IMG/VR virus record: IMGVR_UViG_3300021057_000002
Span: 1 to 58,767 of that record
Strand: one strand, 5' to 3'
Length of the DNA: 58,767 bases
Source of the DNA: a virus
Part shown: positions 34,371 to 43,851 of the stretch, piece by piece
How the letters are laid out: every line of letters begins with the position of its first letter
Numbering within the stretch: the stretch's first letter is position 1
Notes under the pieces: model-generated
Told to the model about the DNA's origin: nothing
The model's database searches: none
The model's input: only the letters and a program-made list of their open reading frames with translations
Made by a program: the position numbers and the translations under genes

Positions 34371-35612
34371 TCAGGACTTCTTGCGCAGGTGGCGAAGTGC
34401 CCAATCTCTGCGCTCGTCGTCGTTCTTGAACTTGGGGGGCTCGTCCGTCTTCGGCTTGGGCTTTTTGGCCGGCGGTGTTGCGGGGGCAACACTGGCGTCC
34501 GCGGCGGTGAGGGTTCGGGCTCCGTGGCTTTGGCCCGCGTCTTTGCTCGCACTCGTTGCTGCGGCCGATGGCTTGAGACCATTCGGCGGTTCGGTGCTCG
34601 GTTTGGGTTTCGGGATTGCCTGGTTCGCTTTGGCGATCAGGGCTTGGTAACGAGTTTCGATTTCTTTCGCGGCTGCGTCGATCAGCGCGTCATCGTCTGA
34701 CTTCGCGTCGAGGCGGCCGGTCTGGATTCCGCTCTGGATCACTCGCCAGAGCAGGACTTCGGGCTTTTGGCCGTGAAGATCCTCGGAGAGTGACGTCAGG
34801 AGTGGATACCTCTCCGTCGCCTTGATCGTCGTCAGCCGATTGCCAATGAACGCCGCCGCCTGGGTTGCCTTTTCGGTCTCGTCGGAGACCTTGGGGACTT
34901 CCTGCTTGTCGGCCGTTCGCTGTCGTTTCTCGCGAGCCCACAGTTGGCGGGCTCGAGCGGCTTCACGTGTGGCCTGAGCGGTTGCATCAGGTGTAACCCC
35001 AAGCTCTTTCGCGGTCAAGTCCGTGTAGAGGAGTGCGAGTTCGGTGTCGACTTCCTTACTGTCGGTTGCGACTCCCAACTGGTGAGCGAGGTACTCGCGG
35101 AGATTGGCCAACGAATCATCGAGATAGTCCGCCTTGGGGACAAATCCAGTCGATGGTGCTGGCTGCTTTTTGGTCGACTCCAGTTCTGCCAGCAGCCGCG
35201 CATTCGCCTCGTCACGCCGGGCGATTTCGCTGCGCAGCTGGGCGACAGGATCCGGCTCGGCCGGAGTCTCGGCCTTGGTCTCGGGCTTGGCTTCGACGTC
35301 CGCAGGCTTCGGCTCGCCGGGTGGCGCATCGGGGTCGTCCTTGTCTTCCTCGTCGGCGCCGGTCTCCGCGGGCTCGTCCGGATCGGCCGCGACGGGTTTC
35401 TGGCCCTTGACGATCGCGGCGATCTTCTCTTTGACCGAGTCGGGGATCAGGCGTCCGCCATCGACCACGGCATCGTCGGCGACTCCTCCACCCGACAGTG
35501 GTGCGATCCGGCCATTGCCCTCGATCGCGACCTCTTCCTCGGGCGCGCGCAAGAGAGCAGTTCCAGGGGTGGGTCTGGGATTCGCGACCTCTTCGACAAA
35601 CGTGTCAGCCAT
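34371..35612 (-). CDS. Scaffolding protein
   Basis: ORF track 413 aa. Acidic, Pro/Ala/Lys-rich low complexity plus helices. Lies between the portal and capsid genes. Confidence 0.7.
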   Translation of the reverse strand: MADTFVEEVANPRPTPGTALLRAPEEEVAIEGNGRIAPLSGGGVADDAVVDGGRLIPDSVKEKIAAIVKGQKPVAADPDEPAETGADEEDKDDPDAPPGEPKPADVEAKPETKAETPAEPDPVAQLRSEIARRDEANARLLAELESTKKQPAPSTGFVPKADYLDDSLANLREYLAHQLGVATDSKEVDTELALLYTDLTAKELGVTPDATAQATREAARARQLWAREKRQRTADKQEVPKVSDETEKATQAAAFIGNRLTTIKATERYPLLTSLSEDLHGQKPEVLLWRVIQSGIQTGRLDAKSDDDALIDAAAKEIETRYQALIAKANQAIPKPKPSTEPPNGLKPSAAATSASKDAGQSHGARTLTAADASVAPATPPAKKPKPKTDEPPKFKNDDERRDWALRHLRKKS

Positions 35613-35622
35613 TCAATCCTCG

Positions 35623-37548
35623 CTAGGCCATCGGGCCGGGCAACATGGGTGGAGCAGGAGGGCCCGGCGGCCCCATCGGCGGCGCGCCCATCGGCGGTAT
35701 CGCGTCGGGCGGCATTCCGGGCGGCATGCCAGGTGGAGCGATCGGAGGCGCCAGCGCCGCCTCGCCTGCCTTGCGCTTCTTGATCAGCTCCTCGACAAGA
35801 TCGACGTAGCGCTTGTAGCGCTCTTGGATCTCGATGGGCGCTTTCTCGTACTGGACGCGGTTGTAGTATGCCGTCGAGATCTTCAGCTCCAGTTCGAGCT
35901 CGTTGTAAGGCTCGGGCACTGGCTCGGGGAGATCCTCGTCGGCGAGCTCGTCCATCTTCCGCATCGCGTTGTGAAACGGCGCGAGTTGGATCGCGTTGGC
36001 CTGCTGGATGTCGGGCTCGTCGAACAGTGTGGCGACCAGCCACTGGGGAATCACACCGGCCTTGGTGAGTTGCTCGACGACCGAGAGCTTTCCTGCGCGC
36101 GTGTCCGGCAAGAAGTTGACGGCCTCGAGGCGGAGTCGATACTCCCCATCTTCGATGGCGACTTTGTCGTAGTCGAGCTTTTGGATCGCGTCCTGGTTGC
36201 GCCACACCGCGACCCAGGGCCGTTTTTTGCCCTTGTCCTTTGCGCGCGCGCGCGCCACGCGCTTCGAGGCATCGAGATACAGTTGGGCCGCGTCGAGCGA
36301 GTAGCGTGCGTAGTTCGCCTGCACCATCGCGAAGCGCTCGCTGTCGATGTCGTACTGAACTTCCCGGGCGACGCCCGAGGCCGACAGACCGGTCTGCGAC
36401 TGCTGGCTAGCTGCAGCCATCGAGACGCCCGATAGCTGATACATCTGCTCGATGAACAGCATCAGCATCTCGACCTGCGCGCGGTTGACCGGTGTGGGGA
36501 CCGTGAACTCCGGCGGTTGGTTGCCTTTGTACTTCATCTTGAACGGCGCCCATCCGGTGAGCATCTCCGTCGGAACGTCGGCCGCTTCGTTGACTGCGTA
36601 GTAGCCGCGACCCGTCGCAGCTAGGTTCAACTGCATGTCGCGCACGATGCAGTTCACGCGGTGCTGCAGATCGGCAATCCCCTGGATGATCCCGCGACCC
36701 CAGATTCCGCGACGGGGCTTGGTGTGGCGGAACATCGCGTAGGGCAGTCGGCACTCGTGCCACCGCTCGCTGACCAGGGTGGCGCCGTCGATACACAGGA
36801 CTCGTCGACCATCCTCGGTTTGATCGTTGGTCGGCAGGTGATGGGCCTCGAAGACGTCGGTGTAGTCCTCGAGCCCCTCGATCGTGACGTCGTCGTCGTT
36901 CTCGTCTTGCGGGCGCTTCTGCGACGCCTGCGCCTGCATGATCTGGGCTTTGAAGCTGGGAAACAACTCGGCCAGGTGCCACTTGGCGACTCGGTGCACG
37001 AGCACGCTGGTGCGCGGATTGCCTTTCTTGCACTCCCTCGGATCGAACAGCAGCTCCTCGCGGAGGATGCGCTCGGCAAACACGTCGTCATCCTTGTCGT
37101 CGATCCGCGTGATGCCCGTGCCGATGATCGAACCGTCGTGCAGCGCTTCGCGGCGGAGATCGTCGAACTCGGTCTCCAGCATCTTGCCGACGATGAATTT
37201 CCGGTACTCCTTGGCCTTGCGCTTGAGCCTCCAGTCCGAGTCGACGGTGTCGAACGCCGGCATCGGCCGCTCTTTGCTCTGCCGCGAGACGAACGTGTCG
37301 ACGATCGCCTTGGCGACGTTGAGCCGTGCGGCATTGAGACCGTGGCGATCGAGGGCGGCCAACGCGAGTTGATACGTGCGCAGCCGCGGAGATTCGTAGA
37401 TCCGCTCGAGCACGCGATCGAACTGGTGCGCCGAGCGATAGAGGCCTTGCAGGTGGCGGCCAAACGGAACGAGCCGTGCGTGCACGGGCTCTCCGACATT
37501 GGCTCTCCACCAAAAGGCGTCAGCGTGTTCGCTGGGCGTCGCGGCCAT
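35623..37548 (-). CDS. Portal protein
   Basis: ORF track 641 aa; AAGGAG upstream. Size and position fit a portal. The C-tail is Pro/Gly/Met-rich (PPGMPPGMPPDAIPPMGAPPMGPPGPP). Confidence 0.8.
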   Translation of the reverse strand: MAATPSEHADAFWWRANVGEPVHARLVPFGRHLQGLYRSAHQFDRVLERIYESPRLRTYQLALAALDRHGLNAARLNVAKAIVDTFVSRQSKERPMPAFDTVDSDWRLKRKAKEYRKFIVGKMLETEFDDLRREALHDGSIIGTGITRIDDKDDDVFAERILREELLFDPRECKKGNPRTSVLVHRVAKWHLAELFPSFKAQIMQAQASQKRPQDENDDDVTIEGLEDYTDVFEAHHLPTNDQTEDGRRVLCIDGATLVSERWHECRLPYAMFRHTKPRRGIWGRGIIQGIADLQHRVNCIVRDMQLNLAATGRGYYAVNEAADVPTEMLTGWAPFKMKYKGNQPPEFTVPTPVNRAQVEMLMLFIEQMYQLSGVSMAAASQQSQTGLSASGVAREVQYDIDSERFAMVQANYARYSLDAAQLYLDASKRVARARAKDKGKKRPWVAVWRNQDAIQKLDYDKVAIEDGEYRLRLEAVNFLPDTRAGKLSVVEQLTKAGVIPQWLVATLFDEPDIQQANAIQLAPFHNAMRKMDELADEDLPEPVPEPYNELELELKISTAYYNRVQYEKAPIEIQERYKRYVDLVEELIKKRKAGEAALAPPIAPPGMPPGMPPDAIPPMGAPPMGPPGPPAPPMLPGPMA

Positions 37549-37637
37549 TGGCTCCTTGCAGGGCCGGCCGCGGGACTGGTGGCCAACGTGAGTTAGGTGT
37601 CTAAGAGGTACAGCGAATCAGGGATTCGGTCCAGAGG

Positions 37638-37940
37638 CTATCCGACAGTGCCGTCTACGGGCTCGTCGTCGTCGTCGAGCCCGTGCTCTTGGTAGATCGT
37701 GCGCTCGGGCTGGCGCCCCTTCTCACCGCGCAATGCTTCACGCCGAGCCAGCCGGAGATCCTGGACGTTCATGATCACATCTCCCACTTGCACGGTCGGG
37801 CCGATCGCGTAGCCGCCCTTGCGCGCCCACTCGAGGAGTCGGATGACCCGCTCGACGCTGTCGGTGCACGACAAGTCCTTTGGTTTGGCGTCCGCCTCGT
37901 CGTCGAGATCCGGGAGAACGGGTGCGCGGCGCCTACCCAT
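37638..37940 (-). CDS. Hypothetical protein (TerL-portal insert)
   Basis: Last 100 codons of ORF 37638..38699, from ATG 37940. Confidence 0.45.
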   Translation of the reverse strand: MGRRRAPVLPDLDDEADAKPKDLSCTDSVERVIRLLEWARKGGYAIGPTVQVGDVIMNVQDLRLARREALRGEKGRQPERTIYQEHGLDDDDEPVDGTVG

Positions 37941-38409
37941 TGTCGGGGATCCTTTCCATCGACATGGTGACCGTGCCGGTCTCTTCGTCGATATCCTTGA
38001 CCGACGCTCGGCCCGGCTTGTGCTTCGCGAGAAACTCCTGCTGCGCCTGCTGGTTCCTGCGCTCGGCTTCGATCGCCTCGACGATCCAGGCAGGCGCCAC
38101 AACCTCGTAGCGATCGTGACTGCACACAACATCGTCGTCCGGCATCTCGCCCAGCGCGCGCTGAAAGAACAGGTGGCGATTGCAGTCACAGGCGTAGTTT
38201 CCGGCAGACCACATGAAGCGCGGCCCAGAGACGTCGCCTTCGTGGTCGGCTGGATGCGGAACACTGTCATCCACCTCGATCTCGCGTCCATCGCTGACGC
38301 GACGCAGCCGCACCTTGACGTAGACCTTCCACTCGTAGGGCTCTCCGCCGTACATGGAATAGTGTGGGTTGATTTCGTGCGCGAACCGCGTGCGTTCGAT
38401 GTTAGCCAT
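37933..38409 (-). CDS. Hypothetical protein (TerL-portal insert)
   Basis: ORF 37933..38529 trimmed to ATG 38409. Confidence 0.5.
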   Translation of the reverse strand: MANIERTRFAHEINPHYSMYGGEPYEWKVYVKVRLRRVSDGREIEVDDSVPHPADHEGDVSGPRFMWSAGNYACDCNRHLFFQRALGEMPDDDVVCSHDRYEVVAPAWIVEAIEAERRNQQAQQEFLAKHKPGRASVKDIDEETGTVTMSMERIPDNG

Positions 38410-38614
38410 TGCTGGCCGCCTGCGGTGGCGACTGCATGACGATGTAGCCGTGCTCGTCGACCACATACAAATCCTTGTCGAGAGGAAACGCGCACTCGTT
38501 GAGCGCATGCAGCGCCGCTTCGGCCGCACACTGCCAGCGTTTCTCGACGCTTTCCGCGCCTTGATACGCCTCGAAGATGGTCTGTGCGAGATCGGTAATC
38601 GTGAGCCTGGTCAT
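38402..38614 (-). CDS. Hypothetical small protein (TerL-portal insert)
   Basis: ORF 38402..38764 trimmed to ATG 38614 (ATGA overlap). Confidence 0.45.
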   Translation of the reverse strand: MTRLTITDLAQTIFEAYQGAESVEKRWQCAAEAALHALNECAFPLDKDLYVVDEHGYIVMQSPPQAASNG

Positions 38615-38913
38615 TTGGTCTCCGGGGTTCGGTGCCAGTCTTGGTTCGCGCGCGCTTCGGCGGCCTGGGTCTCGGCGAGCTGGATCGTGTCGAACGCAAT
38701 CCGCCATGCGTCCATCCCAGCCACGTCGCCGCGCATCTTGGCCATGCGGAGCTGAGACAGACACGAGTTGGCCGCGTAGGACAGAAACTCGTTGACGCGA
38801 TGTGATTCGGTCTTGGCGACGGGATCAGCGAGGTCTCCGGGCTGTAGGTCGACGGTCTCCACGGGGATGCCTTCCTGCTCGAACGATGGGTAGCGAGGAC
38901 GCGGTGTGTACAT
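38611..38913 (-). CDS. Hypothetical protein (TerL-portal insert)
   Basis: ORF 38611..39114 trimmed to ATG 38913. Confidence 0.45.
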   Translation of the reverse strand: MYTPRPRYPSFEQEGIPVETVDLQPGDLADPVAKTESHRVNEFLSYAANSCLSQLRMAKMRGDVAGMDAWRIAFDTIQLAETQAAEARANQDWHRTPETK

Positions 38914-38927
38914 GGCGCGGATGAGAC

Positions 38928-39314
38928 TCACTTGAACGACTCCGCGTAATTCATGAACTCCTCCGCAAGCTCGATGTAGCGGATTCGCGATGTCTCGCGG
39001 TTTTTCGGCACGACGCCTGATTGACGGAGCACGTCGCGATACAGCCGCGCGCGCTGTAGCAACACGCGAACGCGATCCTCGTACTCGGAGACGTTCGCGA
39101 GCAAGCCATCGCAATCAAAGCGCCGGAGTTGGTGGAGCCCGACGCTGGTACCGCTCAGAACCAACTCGGTGTCGGCACGGTAGATTGCCGTCTGGCCGTG
39201 ACAGCGAACTCCGATGACGATTCGGTCGTCCCACTCGCACCGCTCAACACAAAGTACTTCAACGACTGCCGGGCAATCGTGGCACACGATCTCGGGCAGA
39301 GTGATCGCGCTCAT
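38928..39314 (-). CDS. Cys-rich hypothetical protein (TerL-portal insert)
   Basis: ORF 38928..39350 trimmed to ATG 39314 (ATGA overlap with the TerL stop). Confidence 0.5.
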   Translation of the reverse strand: MSAITLPEIVCHDCPAVVEVLCVERCEWDDRIVIGVRCHGQTAIYRADTELVLSGTSVGLHQLRRFDCDGLLANVSEYEDRVRVLLQRARLYRDVLRQSGVVPKNRETSRIRYIELAEEFMNYAESFK

Positions 39315-41200
39315 CCCCATCCGTAGCCTCCATCGCCAATCTGTTCCCAACCGTCATCGCCGTCGTCCTTGGCCTGCTTGCGCTGTTGCTCGATGTCGTC
39401 GATCCGCTGCTCGAGCTCGCGCTCCTCGGCCGCCATGGCTTCCGGCGATCCGGGCTTGGGCTTGTCCTCGGGTGCGCGATGGAGGTAGTGGCAGAGGTGA
39501 CGGAACGAATAGAGCCCTGCGTCCGAGCAGTCGTTGCCCGGAATTCGGCCGTCGGCGAGTTTGCGGTGCTTGTGCTCCTCGCGCTTCTTTCCGGGCTTCA
39601 CTGGCAAGTAGACCAGGTGGCGATGCTCGTCGAGCAGCGGCGACTCGTGCCGGATGATCACATCGCCAGTGCGCTCGACGTGGCCGCGGTAGTGGACGCG
39701 ATACTTGCGGATATCGCCCGCCATGAACTCGCGCCAGGTGTCTTTCGAGGTCTTGTCGGCATCGTCGATCGGAAGGCCCGTGCGCTCGCGCCAGCCCTGG
39801 AGATTCGCCCCTGCCTGCCCGCCCGGATCGCCGACAAACACAGCGACTGCGTCGATCGCGTCCCACAAAGCCTTGCAGTAGTCGCGTTGGTCATCCGGCA
39901 ACACGCGCGTCTGTTTCCAGCTGAACATCTCGTAGATGTCTGGGAGATCCGGTGTGAAGGCCCACACGACCACCGCGAACGGATCGGGCATGTACCCGAA
40001 GTCGGCGCCGATGGCGTAGAGCCAGTGATACGGACGTCGGCGACGGCTGCGCGGCAGATCCTCGACGGCGCGCTCGTGATCGTACCAAGGTGGATGCTCG
40101 GGGTTGATCGGGTTGGGCCGAAGCCGCTGGGGCGCAAAGATCAGCGCGTGCTCGGGCACGACGTGCACCGGGTAGACGTGGCTTGAGTCGCCCTTGACCC
40201 ACTTGGCGAACCACTCGCGCAAGAGATCCGGATCGTCCGGCTTGAGATTGTTCTCGCGGATGTGCTTGCCCGCGGTGTTCTCCCACCGGATCTCGACCGC
40301 AGCCTGCTGGGCAGTTTCGAGGTCGGCGTACGGCCCGTGCTCGATCTTCAGGTTGTCGACGACGACGATCTGACCGTCCTTGGTCACCACGTGGCCAAAG
40401 AACGGGTTATCGACGACAGCAAACGCGTGGATCTCCCAGCCGGCGAGCGGCTCCTCTTCGTTGGAGATCTCGTAGAACATGCCCGAGCAATCGCGACCGG
40501 GCGTTCCGCTGATCCAGACCTCACCGTCGAAGTCGGTGATCGAACCAAGCACGACGGCCTTGTAGAAAGCCCAGAGCTCCTTGAAGTCCTGGGCCTCGTC
40601 GACCCAGAACACGTGCTTGGCATTGCCGCGCTTCTTGCGGTGGTCGTTGACGTTATCCGCGCCGAACAACTCGATTTGCGAGTTGTTCGAGAAATTGAGC
40701 GCGTGATCGGCTTCGCGCACCTCGACCAACACGCCACCGAGATCCCAGGTGTCTACACCCGGACCTGGAACATACGTCCCGAATTGCTCGATGACGTCGA
40801 CGATGCCGGTCTGCGTATCGTTGCGCCATGCTCGTGCTCGTGCCTCCACCAGCGTCGAGTGCGCGATCGTCGAGCGAAACCCGGGCGTCTCGATCGCACG
40901 TGCCAGTAGCTCGCGGCACCCGCCGACCGTGGCACCCGCGCGGCGAGTCTTGAGCGTCACGCGGCGCTTGTGCTTGCTCGTGCAGAACGCGCCCTGCTTT
41001 GGGTGGTCGTCGAAGATCGCGCGCAACTTGACGGCCATCGCTCGCGCCTCGTCGATCTTCGCGGCTACGACCTCATCGGGTGGTCGGCGACGCGCGAGCT
41101 CGGCAAGAAACGAGGCGACCGCTTCGGGACCTGCGCGCATGACGGCTAGGACGGGCAGAACCGCAAGCGCGAGCGCCAGTGTGCTCGCGGCACGTATCAC
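39311..41200 (-). CDS. terL: Terminase large subunit
   Basis: ORF track 629 aa. It has Walker-A-like KTRRAGATVGG, Walker-B HVFWVDEAQD, and nuclease-domain acidic motifs YAIGADFGY and VFVGDPGG. The GTG 41200 start (GTGA overlap) gives an oddly hydrophobic first 20 aa; ATG 41140 is the alternative. Confidence 0.9.
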   Translation of the reverse strand: MIRAASTLALALAVLPVLAVMRAGPEAVASFLAELARRRPPDEVVAAKIDEARAMAVKLRAIFDDHPKQGAFCTSKHKRRVTLKTRRAGATVGGCRELLARAIETPGFRSTIAHSTLVEARARAWRNDTQTGIVDVIEQFGTYVPGPGVDTWDLGGVLVEVREADHALNFSNNSQIELFGADNVNDHRKKRGNAKHVFWVDEAQDFKELWAFYKAVVLGSITDFDGEVWISGTPGRDCSGMFYEISNEEEPLAGWEIHAFAVVDNPFFGHVVTKDGQIVVVDNLKIEHGPYADLETAQQAAVEIRWENTAGKHIRENNLKPDDPDLLREWFAKWVKGDSSHVYPVHVVPEHALIFAPQRLRPNPINPEHPPWYDHERAVEDLPRSRRRRPYHWLYAIGADFGYMPDPFAVVVWAFTPDLPDIYEMFSWKQTRVLPDDQRDYCKALWDAIDAVAVFVGDPGGQAGANLQGWRERTGLPIDDADKTSKDTWREFMAGDIRKYRVHYRGHVERTGDVIIRHESPLLDEHRHLVYLPVKPGKKREEHKHRKLADGRIPGNDCSDAGLYSFRHLCHYLHRAPEDKPKPGSPEAMAAEERELEQRIDDIEQQRKQAKDDGDDGWEQIGDGGYGWG

Positions 41201-41394
41201 CCGTTCTCCTCGCTATCGTCAGCGACCGAGACGATGTAGCAGGATCCCTCGGCAGCAATGTCACGATAGCCGCCGTACTGGCCCGCCTCTTCCATGTAAC
41301 GCGTGAGTCGACGCGTCGCATACCGGCCGGCCGCATCTGCGGAATCGCGAATCGCAAGCGGCTCGTGCTTGCTGTTCATGATGACGAATTTCAC
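41197..41394 (-). CDS. Hypothetical small protein
   Basis: ORF 41197..41676 trimmed to GTG 41394 (GTGA overlap). Confidence 0.45.
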   Translation of the reverse strand: MKFVIMNSKHEPLAIRDSADAAGRYATRRLTRYMEEAGQYGGYRDIAAEGSCYIVSVADDSEENG

Positions 41395-41630
41395 AGCATG
41401 GTCTTTCGCAGCTTGTCCTCGGCCTCGAGTACCGCCACGTCCGCGTCTTCGACCTTGTGGCGACAGTCCCGCTCGCGTTGCTGCGCGATGCGTAGTTCCT
41501 CGAAGGCCTTCCGGTGATCGGCCTTTGCGTTCAACTGAGCGACCAGTGCTGCTCGGTACGCAATGAATGCCTCCGAGTCGAGATCGGTCAGTACGATCGA
41601 CTTGTCTTGTGGCTTGATCAGGATGCTCAC
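41391..41630 (-). CDS. Hypothetical coiled-coil protein
   Basis: ORF track 79 aa; GTGA overlap. Confidence 0.55.
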   Translation of the reverse strand: MSILIKPQDKSIVLTDLDSEAFIAYRAALVAQLNAKADHRKAFEELRIAQQRERDCRHKVEDADVAVLEAEDKLRKTML

Positions 41631-42097
41631 CCACGCCCCTTTCGCTTGCGAACCACCGGCAGGCCGTCCGGATCATCGGGATCGGCCATCTCCGGTTCGT
41701 CGTCGGGGATAGTGGGTTGAGACACCGCAGGGGCGGGAACCGCCGGAGCTACGGTCTGCACAGCGGGGGAGGATTCCTGCGGTGTCTCTTCCCGAACGAT
41801 GGGTGGTGGCGGGCTGTACTTCGTGAAGTCAGAGCCCGTAAACGTCTCGGTGCCGTCGAGGCACCAGCGGAGCAGGACCTGCGCGCGCGGGATCTCGTAG
41901 ACCACGCGATCGGCGCCTGACCGGACATTGCTGCCGGGGTTCCATCCCGGTGGCGACTCGAGGAAGACGGCCGGGCCGCGCACGTGGACGTTCCACTCGT
42001 GGTAGGCGCCCTTGCCGATCTCAAGCGTCGCGAGATGCGCAGCGGAGAGCCCGGGTAGGCCGATGCCTTGGCGTGAGACGACGGCGACGAGCCTCAT
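41627..42097 (-). CDS. Hypothetical protein with a Pro-rich acidic tail
   Basis: ORF 41627..42334 trimmed to ATG 42097 (ATGA overlap). Confidence 0.5.
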   Translation of the reverse strand: MRLVAVVSRQGIGLPGLSAAHLATLEIGKGAYHEWNVHVRGPAVFLESPPGWNPGSNVRSGADRVVYEIPRAQVLLRWCLDGTETFTGSDFTKYSPPPPIVREETPQESSPAVQTVAPAVPAPAVSQPTIPDDEPEMADPDDPDGLPVVRKRKGRG

Positions 42098-42261
42098 CGG
42101 GATGGTGCTCCGTGCGGAATGCGCTGCGGGTGACGCTGCGGCATGTCGAAGTAGGTCAGCAGCGACGCCATTACGCGCTTGCGCTCGTCCTCGTCGAGTG
42201 CTCCGAGGATGCGAAGGCACTGCGCCATCGCGTCGGCTGCGGTCTTGTCTGGTTCGCTCAC
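42094..42261 (-). CDS. Hypothetical small protein
   Basis: ORF 42094..42315 trimmed to GTG 42261 (GTGA overlap). Confidence 0.4.
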   Translation of the reverse strand: MSEPDKTAADAMAQCLRILGALDEDERKRVMASLLTYFDMPQRHPQRIPHGAPSR

Positions 42262-42788
42262 TTGAGAAACTCCTCCACGCTGACGTGCGTTGCGGTGACG
42301 CCGCGCGATCGACACCAGTCGACCAGCGTCTCATCCATTGGCACGGAGCGTTGCCGCTTGGGCCCCTTGTGCGTGTAGACGATCCGCTTGCCGAGCTGCG
42401 CTGCGTCCCACAGATCCGTCATGATGCCTCGCCGACGCAACAGCGCGCCGTCGAGCTCGTGCCGCGTGTAGACCCAATGCACCGTCGACACCGCGCGACC
42501 CGGGGTCCACGCGATCCATCCCAGCACGCGACCACCAAGCCCGAAGGCGCCGAGCAACTGGACGTCTTCGCGGCCCACCAGATGATCGATGATTCGCCCT
42601 GCGGTCTGCTTGTAGAGCGACCACGTCAGCTTGTCGACCTTGGGGGCTTTCTTGTAGCTCTCGCGCCAGGTGTGGCGGACGAACGGCAGATCATCGGCGG
42701 CGAGCCCGTGGATGTCGATCACAAGCGGCGGCTGTGCCGACGCCTCGACCGTGCGCAACTCGGCGTTGCGGTTACCGGGTGTGCTCAT
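42258..42788 (-). CDS. GNAT-like acetyltransferase candidate
   Basis: ORF track 176 aa. GWIAW...VHWVYTRHELDGALLRRRGIMTDLW resembles the GNAT beta4-alpha3 (R/Q-x-x-G-x-G/A) region. The assignment is weak. Confidence 0.4.
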   Translation of the reverse strand: MSTPGNRNAELRTVEASAQPPLVIDIHGLAADDLPFVRHTWRESYKKAPKVDKLTWSLYKQTAGRIIDHLVGREDVQLLGAFGLGGRVLGWIAWTPGRAVSTVHWVYTRHELDGALLRRRGIMTDLWDAAQLGKRIVYTHKGPKRQRSVPMDETLVDWCRSRGVTATHVSVEEFLK

Positions 42789-43068
42789 GCGTTCTTTCCT
42801 CGTCCTCGAACTCGGCGATCTGATCGGAGTCGGCCCGACGCGGATCGTCCATGCGCCACACCTCGTGCACGAAGCCGTGAACGTCGACGCAGTCGTACTT
42901 CCAGGCCCAGCCCGGCGGATCGTCCGCCGCCTCGTAGCGCTTGATCACGCGGACGGTCGTTCGGTTGCCGTCGATCAGCGGCTCGCAGTAGTCACCGATC
43001 TTGAGCACGCTGCGGCTCTCGAGCAGACCGACTACGTCGGCGCTCGTCATCATACGGAGGCTAGCCAT
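42772..43068 (-). CDS. Hypothetical protein
   Basis: ORF track 98 aa. Confidence 0.5.
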   Translation of the reverse strand: MASLRMMTSADVVGLLESRSVLKIGDYCEPLIDGNRTTVRVIKRYEAADDPPGWAWKYDCVDVHGFVHEVWRMDDPRRADSDQIAEFEDEERTHEHTR

Positions 43069-43231
43069 GGTCCCTCCGATCGTTCTGCTTGGCGTGCAGC
43101 GCGTTCCACTCCTCGCGCAGCTTCTTGTGGTGCCGCGCGTAGCGGTGTTCGCGAATCACGAAGCCGATGAAGTCCGCGATCAGCACGACCACGAAGATCG
43201 CGACCACGAACAGAACCTCTCCCCACATCAT
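43061..43231 (-). CDS. Small single-pass membrane protein
   Basis: ORF 43061..43330 trimmed to ATG 43231 (ATGA overlap). TM segment VLFVVAIFVVVLIADFIGFVI. Confidence 0.45.
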   Translation of the reverse strand: MMWGEVLFVVAIFVVVLIADFIGFVIREHRYARHHKKLREEWNALHAKQNDRRDHG

Positions 43232-43551
43232 CTGGGTCGACTCCGATCTCGTGCTCGGCGCTTGTCGAGACACGGTTGGCAGTGGCGCGTCCCGGGAACG
43301 AGTGCTCCATGCGCAGCACCGTCGGAGCACAACCCTTGGCGCACTAGGTTGTCGCGATGCTCGCGGATCTTCCAGCCGCGCTCGTTCGTCGGCTCGCGGC
43401 GAAACGCAAGTGGCTTGTCATCCTTGGGGACAACCGATTCCGTGCTGCAGCGGTGGCAGACCGGGATCAGGGCGTCATCGCGACCGATCGGCTCGTAGTG
43501 GATCGGGCGGCCGATGTCGCCGATGCAGACACCGCAGGTGGAGGGGGTCAT
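43228..43551 (-). CDS. Cys-rich (zinc-binding-like) protein
   Basis: ORF track 107 aa with CGVC...CHRC...CQPC. Confidence 0.55.
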   Translation of the reverse strand: MTPSTCGVCIGDIGRPIHYEPIGRDDALIPVCHRCSTESVVPKDDKPLAFRREPTNERGWKIREHRDNLVRQGLCSDGAAHGALVPGTRHCQPCLDKRRARDRSRPR

Positions 43552-43775
43552 TCGTCCTCCATTGCCCAGTCGAGGCGGGCCGTCGCGGCGTTTAGCGGCG
43601 CGCTGTTGGTCAGTTGGATGTCTTGATAGAACAACTCACCGTCGCGATGAGTGAGCACGTCCTGCTCGCGAATGAACACACTGGGTCGCGATTGCAGAGC
43701 GAGCGATTTCATCATCGTCTCTCGCAACTGCTCCACTCGTGCTCTCTGCGCCTGAAGCGCCGACTCCGATGCCAT
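43548..43775 (-). CDS. Hypothetical small protein
   Basis: ORF track 75 aa. Alternative start ATG 43715 exists; see the rejected list. Confidence 0.45.
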   Translation of the reverse strand: MASESALQAQRARVEQLRETMMKSLALQSRPSVFIREQDVLTHRDGELFYQDIQLTNSAPLNAATARLDWAMEDE

Positions 43776-43851
43776 CTCGTCTGCCGGCCCACGCGTGGGA
43801 CATAATTGTCTGCCAGATTCAGCAGCTGTGAACGAGTGAACTTGAGACGGG

